NCBI GenBank assembly: GCA_964270895.1
Contig: OZ185440.1
Length of the DNA stretch: 64,000 nt
DNA from: Podarcis filfolensis
Lineage: Eukaryota
Strand: one strand, 5' to 3'
Shown here: positions 11,022 to 23,000 of the stretch, piece after piece
Numbering within the stretch: the stretch's first letter is position 1
Layout: each line of letters opens with the position of its first letter
Translations under genes and position numbers: made by a program
The notes under the pieces: generated by a model
Seen by the model: only the letters and a program-made list of their open reading frames with translations
Databases searched by the model: none
What the model was told of the DNA's origin: nothing

Positions 11022-14000
11022 CTGAAACAGAAAAGGGACATCTTCGTGTTATTGCCAACACCAGAGCCCAACGTTCTTATTCTATAAAGGTCTTTAATGT
11101 AGTTCAGGACAAAGTTGTACTTGAAAGTAAGACTCGAGGAACGTGAGGAGGGGGATGGGACTTCCCCAAAAGTGTAAGGAGTTACGCACCTTATAGAAGA
11201 GAGAGAGAATTTTACAGAGTAATACTGCTTTTCCGTGGAGCGTCAATGATACTTTGAATTTAGGAATTTGAAAACAAATGGAAAAGGTTCAAATGCAACA
11301 ATTTAGCACCCAGTTGTATAGCTCTTCCCTCAAGGAAAAGAATGGTCACTCCATGCACTTGCATATGTAATGCAAAGCAATCAACATTTATATTTTTAGT
11401 GCAACACCATGATTCGGGGGGGGGGGGGAATGAACGCAACATAATTTGTCCTAAACAACACTAAATTAAAAAAAGAAAAAAAGGAATCAGGTCACATACG
11501 AAACATAAGGCAAATGTGTAACAATAAACCCACGTAACTGGCAAGCAACTATTTTAATATATAGCATTTCTAACATTTCCTCTCGTGTGTGTGGTTTTTA
11601 TTTATTTATCTGAAGATGGAGTAAAGAAAAGAATGGAAAAAAATGGACAAGTACATAGATTTCATGTTAAGCACAGACAGCCACCTCTCACACTAACAGG
11701 GATTGAGGCCCACAAGCACCATNNNNNNNNNNNNNNNNNNNNNNNNNNNNNNNNNNNNNNNNNNNNNNNNNNNNNNNNNNNNNNNNNNNNNNNNNNNNNN
11801 NNNNNNNNNNNNNNNNNNNNNNNNNNNNNNNNNNNNNNNNNNNNNNNNNNNNNNNNNNNNNNNNNNNNNNCTCAGCAACTTAGAGCAAGGGTTCAGCAAA
11901 TTAGATTACTAGCAATAACAGCTCTCTTTTTTTCCCCAATATGATTTTTGTTTTGTTCATTTTTAATTTTTGGTTGCGTTTTAATATTCTCTCCGCCAGC
12001 AACGGTGGCAGGCTTCAGGAGGTCAAAGTTCGCCTGCAGCTTGCATCAGTCACAGTGACAGCACTGAATGAACCAGCATAGTCTGTTAAAGAGTTAGGCC
12101 CACAGACATTATGGGCGTATGGAAGTCAAAAGCAGAGATGTCAAGGGTTTCTCTAAGCATGGGTCACAGAAATTAACCAAAGAAGAGATATTAGCTGTGG
12201 AATGGGAGGAGATTATCAGCCAGGGCCGATATCTTTCAACTGCTGGAGAAATGGAGAAATTGGATACATCTGCGGGAAAGATGAAAAGAAGTTTTGGAAA
12301 GAAGCGGGGGGGGGGGGCGCGACTGGAATTTTATGGTGACATGCTCTTTTTCTATACAAAGAAATTCCATTTTTTCTGGAGACACAAAAGACATGTAAAC
12401 TAAGACATCACAGTGCTTCCCAGGCAAAGAAGAAAAAGAAAGCTATGAAAGAAACTGAATGGCATGTATCATGGATAAAGTTAGATGGTTTGTTAGTGAA
12501 CTTTTAGAAGAATCGCTTTTAGAATTCTAGAGCAATGTTTGGAGGGGGGGGGCGAAATTAAGAAAGAATGAAATACTGTTGTTGGAATGGAACTGACCAC
12601 TGTGAGGCTGCTGCATCACATGCAAGGCTTGGAGTTGTTACAGAGAAATAAAAGATTGTGTGTGCCTCTAAGAACGTTTCCTGTTTTACTTTCAGACTGC
12701 ACTTAAAGCTGCAGCTTAAGCAAGAAAATTCAAGTTGCTTCTATAAAGATAGAAAGATTGGGTTGATGCCCAAAAGTAACTGTTCTTTGGTCAAAGAATA
12801 CTTTTTTTTTTTTAAGTGGAATAACTGCCGCTAATCTTGTATTGTGTTGTTCTAGCCATCCATGCGTACTGAATTAGTTAAAAGGATAGCAATTCTTTGA
12901 AAGCCTCTCTAGGCTTTGATTAAACAACTTTTGTAGCTGGGTATTTTCATATATGTTCCCTGATCTTTCTTGCAAAAGCTTTATCCATATGAAACATATG
13001 GCATTTATAAGAGAGAGGCAACACTTGGACCACATGCCGGCATTAATTTCCCCTCTGAAGGCATTCTCTCTCTCTTTCTCTCTTTTTAATAATCTAATAC
13101 TTTATCCTCTATTAAAGAGATATTGAAGCATATTTAATAATCCAAAATGAATTTTCTATGATGTACTGCAGAGTTAAGCACACTTGAATGTACTTCAACC
13201 AGTTTTAAAGAGGCAAGTTTAGTTGCCCGTGATCAGGTAATTCACTTGAAGTCTTTCATAGCCTGTAGCAAGATTACTGTGGGAATGTGGAAATGTTAAG
13301 TCAATTATTAAGCATTTCTGCTCAACTGTGCTCTGGTTTTAAGCAGCAAATTATTTCAGCATTGGATATCATAAGTTACCAATAGGGCTTGCTACAGACC
13401 TCTTGTGATTTGATTTTTGATTATTATTTTTTTAGATTGTTCTCCGAAAAGCAGTACACATGTACTGTTTGAGCGTGGAAATATTTCATTTGCAAATTGT
13501 GAACCACTTGCCCGCTGAGTCTACTTCATGACCGCTAGTTATATTTTAATTGTGCCCATTAAAAATCATGCTGAAAAAATTTACATTTGATAGGCAAAGT
13601 TAAGTTTTACTCCCATACTTGTCTCTCTGTAGGTTGCTAGAGGAAAGCATAAGGAAAGTAAGAAAACACGAGAATGAACATAGAAACTGCAGTTCAGTTT
13701 TAAAGAATAAGGAACTTTGACATGTAACAACAGCTTTTTATATATAGCTATATAGATATATAACAAAGTATAAAATTCTTAACACAGAATTTCAATTACA
13801 TTCGAGGCTAGTATATTTGATGGCTTATTCCACTAATAATTAATAAAGATGCATTAATTTTTGAACTGGCTCAGAAGTTAAGAAAAGCAGTTGGATAGTA
13901 CAGTATAACAAAGGTGGGGTTAGTAATAAAGCCTTGACATCCTGATGCTACCATCGCTGCCCGTAGCGCTGAATTAATGTACTGGCAACTAAATAATGCA

Positions 14001-17000
14001 TCAGAGCAGTGTCAAGTTAGGAGACAGTTGCTCGTAGCAGAGCAGGAGGTACGTCCCATCCTAAGCATCTAGTTGCTGGTACAGCAAATAAGTCTTAGGA
14101 TCAGACTTGTGCATCCCACATAAACGATGTTCTTCTAATTCTAGCCAAAGGGGGAATGGAGAGTTCCTATAAAGCTGCACTATACTATAGTTTGCCTCTA
14201 AATATGACTCCGGATTCAGTTTCCCACACCAGGACGATCCGGGTGTCAATATGCCTCTTTGTGCGTTTAATTGTCTGATCAACTCCGTAAGCAGATTGTT
14301 TCTCAGCAAGCTTCAGATTAATTTTATATTGCATAGACATGATACCTCTAAGTGATATATATCTTGAAGATGGGCTCTCGGACCATGGAGTGTCAGTCCT
14401 GTAATAGTATATTAAGATTTATGCCACCTGTGTTAAAAACATGGGAGGATTATTGGCAAATACTATTATGGCAAAGGCATTATCACTATAATATAGTGCA
14501 GTTTTACAAGCCTGGCGTTATCAGCAGTACTTCTCGACGGAGAGAAAGAAATATATGGACGGCAATTCTAGGTGTCCGGCCAAATTAACCGACGGAGGCT
14601 CTGAGCAAAATACCATCAAGAAACAAAAGCAAAAGCAACATATCCCAAAGTGTGGGCACACCTGGTGAGTTAAACACAGGAGCTGAAGGGGCATTACATA
14701 CAACGGTTTCAGCGAGCAATGTGTTATAAGGATTGTTAGTGCCGTGTGGTCGAAGAAGAGGGTTTGTTAGTAGGTAATTGCCAGTCATTCCTAAAGCAAA
14801 GAAACAGAAAGAGAGACATCAGCTCCTTAATTTGATTCTGACAGTTCCAATAAAGTATATATATTTTTTTACAAAAATGTCATCATGAGTCGTGTATATC
14901 TTGTCAAATTTGATTCAGCCGAACATTTCTGAATGTATTTGAACTACTAATTTAACGGACGAGAGGGAAAATGTAGTTAGAGTTCAGTAATTCACAGGTG
15001 CTGGCCAAATCCCCAAAGTAAACACCTGCTAAGAATGACATTTGCTAATTTATACAAAATCACTGTTAAAACAAGAATAGCAATTAAACGCAAAGACCAA
15101 TGTTCTATTTCAAGATGTTACAGCTTAATGTCTCTAACCTTAAGCATGGGTAATAGGCGCCGTAATAGAGAAATCAAAATTGTGTTAATTTAGAGCCACG
15201 CCGGTCAATCTCGGAAACCTACAGGGTTTATTACTAACTTAGCCGGGGGGGGGGGGGGAGAGCAAGTGAAAAACAACCTCTTCAGCCAAAGGTAAGTGAT
15301 GGCAAGCTGCATGAAGCCTTTCTTGTTATATGCTGCAAAGGAGCGCATGCTTAAGGGGAGGCATGGAGGGGGTGGGGGGTTGGAGTTGAGGGCAAATCAT
15401 TCATAAATTCTTATGGGAGAAACGAATTCATGCTGCAACGCTATCTGTTAGAATTTTTAAGTGAGTTATGTTTAAGTTATGTCTGTCCTCCCTGCAACAA
15501 TAATCTTAAATGAACACACTGAAAGCTAGAGCAAACAGCTTATTTCTGCAATTTCAATCCCAATGCATCAACACTTTTTGCATATGCCCTCTAAAGAAGC
15601 AGAGAAAGTTTCTAAGCAATTTGTTAAAAACTAGGCATTTGAAAACCCATATTGATCTTGGGTATCTTAAATTAATACAGTTGTCAGGGGAGATGGAATT
15701 ATGGTGCAGTCTTTGTGGGCCCAAATGCATCATATATACACAAGCAAGGCGAAAGTGCCGTTCTGTTGAGCAGTGTGACAGTGGGTAGGAGAGGTGGATG
15801 TTGTCTGAATATATTACATGTCCAGAATGAGATAGAGAGCAGCCAAAAAATTTACATACAAAATTTAAATTGATTAGGTTCTCATTGTGGCAATAGCAGC
15901 AGATATTACATTTTAAATATTAATGCCTTTATCACTACTCAAAATATTATTACTGTAGGTAGCAAAAATCCTGCAGTTCAGGGAATTGCTTTACTGACAG
16001 ATTATGTTAATCTTATTTGGTGTTTGGTTTCATTTATTTGATTTTCACAGTTTTTTTAAAGATGCAATCTAAATACAAGAAAGTGCAATTCAAAGAATCT
16101 TCCCCTATGCTGTACATTGCAAACTTTACACCACATGGCAATTTCAGCTAATTACCATAATTCCCCACCTCTGTCTTAATTTCTGCGCTGTGGAGGAAAG
16201 ACTAACGATTCTCTAACTCTAGTGTGTTGGCTCTGAGAACTCAAAGGTCATGGTCTTTTTTATTATTATTATTAACTGAAAAATGCAGCACTGGCTACTA
16301 GAAGTTCAGAGCACATTTCACAGGGAAAGTCCCAGTGCACAAAAACTCACGGAAATTAGTGGAAGCTTTCAAATGGGACTTGCTGTTTTCTCTTAAAGAT
16401 TGTGCCCAACTAGCTAGCTCAATACAGCAGACCCTAGAATTGCAAGGAAACTGGAGGAGATGCTGGCAGTACAACCAGTCAGACAATGGACGATTTTCTA
16501 CTTCTTCCAACAAAAAGAAGTGCTATATGTTCTATTCACACGCCATTTAAAAAATAAAATAAAATCTGGCTTGGGGCCTATTCAGATGTTGCTTGCCAGG
16601 GATAAATGTCAGCCAGCAGCTATTCTACATGCATTTCCTATTTCTTTACGGAGAAAGAAGCATCTCAGATTGGTTGTACCATGATTTTGAACAAAAGACA
16701 TTCTGGCTCCACTACCCCAACACCAATCCCTGAAGGAATGGAAACTTTCTATTGTGGCATCAGGGGGATACAACATTCAGAAAAACGTGGTAACAGCCTA
16801 GATAAGAGGTTACTTCCTCTGGGAAGGGAGAGAGGGAGGCTGTAATTGGGTTATTTTTTTTCCTTGTTAAAATCACAGTGGTCCCCTACCCTAGTAGCAT
16901 TTTCAATTTGCCAGAAAAGCTGGCTGTGGCCGAAGGGCTGATTGTTGGTTCAAAACATCTGGACAGCGCTAGGCTGGGGGTAGCAGATCTAGATTTATTC

Positions 17001-20000
17001 CAAAGGTGGATTTCCATATGTATCTGGGGGTACATAGTTGTACATTAGTATTTTTTGAGAAAGTGTCTATTAATATATTAAGATTTGGATGAGAAGCTTT
17101 GGTTAGTTTACTGCTGGAGATGGCATGGGTAGCCTTCATAATCATTTAGTATACTTCTGTGAAGTCTTGAATGCCTGAGAACATTCAATCTGAGTTATAG
17201 TGATAAAACTGTGACCAGACATCTTAAGTCTGTTCTGTGGCTTTCCCCTCCCTTACTTCTTTTCAGGTTGTCATGTGGCAGACAAATGCTGTACGTTATA
17301 GATATGATCAAAACTATACTGTGGGGGAAACCCTATTTGCAGATGTCTTTTGTATAGAGCTGATGTCAATTTGATTTCACAGGCAAAATGTCCGCATATG
17401 GAAATCTTATGCATTTACAATGTCACTGTGCTGGTATAGTTCTGTTTCAGTTTTAGACTACAAAGGTTAGCAAAAGTTTAAAATTATGTTCTTGCTTTTA
17501 TGTTTAAATTATTGATGAGACTTATTTAAATAAGATTTCCATGAATAAGAATGTCAGATTCAATCCTGAGCAAAGAGCATGAGGGAACTAAGGTTTAAAT
17601 GTGTTCAAGACCGAGTTGAGCTATAATTTTATACAATGTGTGTGTGTGTGCTTCCATTCCAATGCTGAGATATTTAACCTACCTACCCCAGAGCACATCT
17701 GCTTATTTGATTTATTTACTGCAACCCAATTCTCCTAAATTCTTATTTGAAAAAAATACCGCCGAAAGAACAAAACTAGAGTGTGATGTGTCCAGCAACT
17801 GACCTTGATTAAGTGTTGAAGTGCTATTGATATCACCTGAGATAAAGGATGATTCAGATTGTTTTCTCACAGTGTCATTCCACATCCTCCTTATTCGGCT
17901 CTGTTAACGGAAGAAATAGGGCATAGTTGTCACATCTTACATGGCAACCTGGCACATTTAGCTACAATCCTACGGAAGCGTACCTTGGAGTAAGACCCAG
18001 TGAACACGGTGGGGCTTACTTGCAAGTCAGCATGCACAGAATTGCACTGTTAACCTACTTCTCTGTCATGCCTGCCGCGATGCATGTTCTTACGACCAAA
18101 GTATTGGAGAGGAGTATGGAACTGGCTGTGGTACGCTTGGCTTCAAACTAGTTTCTGGTTCTTTGGTGGCCACTTAGGACATCAGTTGGTTCATGCTGCT
18201 GGGTATCTTTCTCTTCAGCCTGAGCACTTAGTGCTGGACAGTCTTGTGCCCAAGCTGAGTTGCAACTAACTTCAGTCCCAAAGTGTAGAGGGAAGTGATG
18301 CACTTAATTATTAAGACTGGAAAGTCATCTAATGCACGTTCTTTTAGCTGAGCTCTGGCATTAAAGTTTAGGAAGGTCTTTTGGAGCTGCAGCATTTGAT
18401 AAGGGAACTGGCCTAGGCTACATAAAGAAAAATGAGGTTGAATGCATTTGATGGTTGCTTCTTTAGTTGCATTAAAAAATAAATAAATTTAACAGAAAGC
18501 AAATGTTTGGACTTCTTTTTCAAAGGAAGGGTAACAATGTATTTATCTTTAGTGTCACTGATCAAACAGGCAGTCCAATCAGGCTACTATCTTTCTCTAC
18601 TTGTAGTATTATTATGCATACGGGAAAACTTCCTGAAAATGGTTATATTTACCTTTGTAAAATGGAAAGTCATTTGTGAAACATGTAGTCTCCCGAACTG
18701 ATTTATATTAAGCATGTCTCAGACTTACTGCTGACTATACACGCTATTAAAAATCACATCTCTTGGCCACTTTCTGGCCATAAGTAAGCTCTAACTCTGC
18801 TTATGGACCAATAAGAGAGTTTGTTGTTAGTGTCTTCTTTTTTAAAAACTAAAAAATAAATAACTACTATGAAGCTTAACCTTGAAGGAATGTTTAGAAT
18901 CAGGCCCAGAATATATTAAAAAAGCATGCAATTGTCATCAAGGCTATTATAATGAGAACACAATTAGTGCATCTGAATGGAACACATCTCAGTGGGCTTT
19001 TTATAAGCAAGGTTAATTAAAAGATGCTGTCATTAAAAGGTTCTGTCAAAATGTTTGTTACCTGAGTGCCAGAGGAATAGCGAGCACTAGTTCTTGTAGT
19101 CGATGCCTTTACTGAACTGTGTGGGCTCTCTGTTGGCAATCCTCCACAGCAATACGAATGTCTGAAGCACTTGCCGTACTCCTTACGTACCTGTATGTTA
19201 ATAACGATGCTCATAAATATTCATGCTTTCATTTTTAAATAATCTATTTCTGTATGTATCTATCTGTATATTTCTAGCCTACTTGCTCCTGAGATCTGAG
19301 GCAGACAGCAAAGGTAAACAAGGCCTTCTGAAACAGGGCCAATTTTATATTTCCAAGAAAATTAAGAAAAATGTATTAAATTTTTACAAAATTAAAAGCA
19401 TGTCAGTGAAGCACAAAATCCTTGCCTCTCTTACGCCTTGCAATTATCCTTTCTCTAGTTATCTTCCTAGCTGGGGAACTGCAGGTAGAAGGAAATCATA
19501 GACAAAATGTCCCCCATGATTCACATTCCAGTGTGGCTTTGAACCATGACCAGGTGGAGGTTGTGTCTCGACTGGTTTTCCCAGTACACTGCAAACAATT
19601 CCAGACGTACTCTGGTGTGACCACTTATGGCTTGAAGAGAGCCAGTCTGTGCCAAGCAGCTCTGTTGGCTAACAAAGTGGAACGAGAGCAATGAAGACAG
19701 CTGGGCACCATAGTTGTAGTGGCTTGGGAAATGGAACAACAACTTCACCAGTGCATCCAAGGTTTATGGGGAGCCCAGCGGTGAGGTTAAAAAGGTAAAG
19801 GGACCCCTGACTATTAGGTCCAGTCGTGACCGACTCTGGGGTTGTGGCGCTCATCTCACTTTATTGGCTGAGGGAGCCGGCGTACAGCTTCCGGGTCACG
19901 TGGCCAGCATGACTAAGCCGCTTCTGGCAAACCAGAGCAGCGCACAGAAATGCCGTTTTCCTTCCCACCAGAGCGGTACCTATTTATCTACTTGCACTTT

Positions 20001-23000
20001 GACGTGCTTTCGAACTGCTAGGTTGGCAGGAGCAGGGACCGAGCAACGGGAGCTCACCCCATCGCGGGGATTCGAACCGCCAGCCTTCTGATCGGCAAGT
20101 CCTAGGCTCTGTGGTTTAACCCACAGCGCCACCCACGTCCATTACCTATGGTGAGGTTACCATGATGCAAATGCATCGGTGGAGACGATCTGGTGCTCCC
20201 ACTGGTGCATTTGCATCATGCCAACCTCACTCGCTCCTCCACAGTAAACCTAGGTGATGGGAGATTAGGTAAGTGCTGCCATCCCCACTGACCACTACTG
20301 GGAGCTACACTGCTAATTTCAAGGATACATATTTGGGATTGAATTTATTTGGACGGCACAAAATAAAGTTGCATTTCAATGTCTAGTGTGATTAAGTTCA
20401 CAAAAATATATAGCTAAGTGAATGATGCTAATACCCCCAGGGAAATAAGATTAATACTATGCATGTCAAGTCAGAAACAAGTCCAAATCAGTTTAAATGG
20501 AGCTTACTCTCAGGTTTATATAGGTTTACAGCCTAAAAGATTTTAATGGCCTTAGAAATTTAGGCCAGGGGTGAGAATGGGCATAGTATGGGTTTCCTAT
20601 ATAAGCTGCAAAATTTTGTGTGTGTGTGTGACCAGCGACTGTCACCGTCTTTTTAATTCCCCCTGCCTCCCAAATACCACCCCCTGGGGCTGATTTTTGC
20701 CTAATGTCTATACTGCTGTGAATGTACATTATCTGTCAGTGCAGCACATTCCACTGTCATTATTTCTAAATTACAGCTTGTTCAAAACTGAAGGAAGTAA
20801 CAGCACTATCATCTTGTCAGGACTAGAAACATAATAGTTTTCACTTTCACAATTCTATTTCTCTGTTCAATTTAGTGGCCAACTAGTAATAACAGAATAA
20901 AAAGAACACATTAGCTATGTATACAGAAGTAGAATGATATCCAGGGAAAGACACTGAAACTTTTTAAAGCTTAAACGGCAACCTGAATGTTTCTTGCAGG
21001 TATGAAACATCTTGTGCGAAGGTTAAGCTTTATCCATGCTCAACTGGCACTTAATATTGCTTCTGACTACTGCAACATAGTATAAAAACAATACATAATT
21101 CAAATAAGGAATAAAGGCAATGTGCCTTTTGATGTTATTGGGGCTTTTTAAAACAACAACAATTGTTTTATAATAGCCTAGTCTAGGAAGCATTTGTATC
21201 TTGACTATTTTCATTTTAAAATGTTTCAAATATTCATTCCATTCCTCTAATTCAGAGGAAATACCTACTGTCCAATTGGCAATTCCCTATTTCATGACGC
21301 AAATCACTTTGCCTGTATCATAGCAGCCACACTCGAACTGGAGAGTATACCAGTTGTAAAAATAATAATGAAATGCCAACTTCATTTCAAATACAAAAGG
21401 CTACTTCTGATTCAACTCTTATCAAACTACCAGCCAATAATCAGCATGCATTTTATCCAATGATCTCAAATTAATGAAATGTCCTATGAATCAGGGATCC
21501 CAATGTGTGAACAGTAATTTGATTTTCACAGTTCTCTTTAAAATGCTGATTATAAATAGTATTTTACCTATATCTAAGTACAATCCTGCTCTTGGAGGGT
21601 GGAAAGAAAAGAGCCCTGCTGGGGATCAACTTTTGCTAAAAGCTTCACCTCATAATGAACAAATCTACCATCAGCCAGAAAAATCACAGATGAAAAGAAA
21701 GAAGTGCTACAGGGGTTGATCAATGGCTAACAGTGCCTCCCCATCCACCAATACGTTTCAGGGGAGAGGAACTGCTGCTACCCTGTTTTAATAGTTAAAC
21801 ACAATATACTTATTTGTTCCATGCTGCATAACAGAGGCCATAAATGTTTGTTGAACAACAAAACCCATCCATTTTTAGAATGTTTTCTGATTCCATTTAT
21901 TTATTTATTTGCTTTCTAAGCATGGGCATAGCCAGACTTCATGTTAGTGGGGAAAAACCTCTTGTTAGTTAAGTATTTTTATTGATTTATTTGATTTGGG
22001 AGGGCAGCTGCCACCCCCCTCCCCTGCTGCTATGGCCATGTTCTTAAGTGGCTTTGCAGCTTTTTTTAAAGATAGGCACGTTTACATGTCTAGTTTATGG
22101 CCCAACTTGCCTTGCAAGTCATTGGCACTAGGATTAGTAAGAAGTTGCCTGGAAAATAGCCCCATTGATCTCATTTGAGATCTTTGGAATAGACACATAT
22201 AGAATTCTGCTCTGATTCCCCTACATTAAACATGGTAACGTGGAATTTACTACATCCAGACAATCCCAATTATTGGCGTGTGTTCACTTTCGTCTGTGAC
22301 ACTGCCACCTAGGGGGAGTATCGCAAGAATGCAGAAGAATGGGTAAAAGTAACCTAACAATCAGGACTTCTAACAGCAGTTTTGTTGGCAGCTGGATCAC
22401 AAGTTAAACAACAGAGCACTACCTTCCACCTGTCTATGCACTACTGATATATAATGCCTTGTTTAAAAAGAGATACTGGAAATATTTTGGAGATACAGAG
22501 GAAGTGTATATGTGCAATGACTCACTTTCTTTTGGAGTGCACAATGAAAGATGAAAATAAACATTCCTTGGAAAGAATTAAATACTGTGAAGAGGTATGC
22601 CATCACAATGGTCTCATCGTTGACATAAAGCAGTCCAAAAGACCATGTTAGGCCCAGAAGACACAGGAGAGCAAATGCACCTAGGGCCCAAGACCTGAAA
22701 AAGAAAAGCAATTTAAGTAACACTGTCGTTTTGTTTTGTTTTGGTTTTTTTAAAAAAAGCACATTGCAAAATTGTATATTAAAAGTTTACTTGCTGCAAT
22801 TTATTTTTACTAGGTTTTTAGTCATATATAATTATAAATTATTGGCTTTAACCTTTTATCTATTATAGAAAGAGCAATTCCGTTTTAGTTTCCAATGAAA
22901 ACAGCAGCGGTAGTTATTTTAAAATGCAATGCTCTAGTACCAGGTCCAGAAACCCCTTTGCTTTATCTGTATGTATGCGTGTATATTTGGAGATTTGAAG

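Noticed and set aside
12306-12317. Many 10-14 nt G or C homopolymers (e.g. 2830, 11417, 12306, 15245, 23248, 50405, 55610)
   Set aside because: They are scattered on both strands without positional pattern. Homopolymer lengths are unreliable, and no function can be supported from the sequence.
14061-14309. 82-aa minus-strand ORF between alternative exons
   Set aside because: No convincing acceptor/donor pair and no recognisable peptide.
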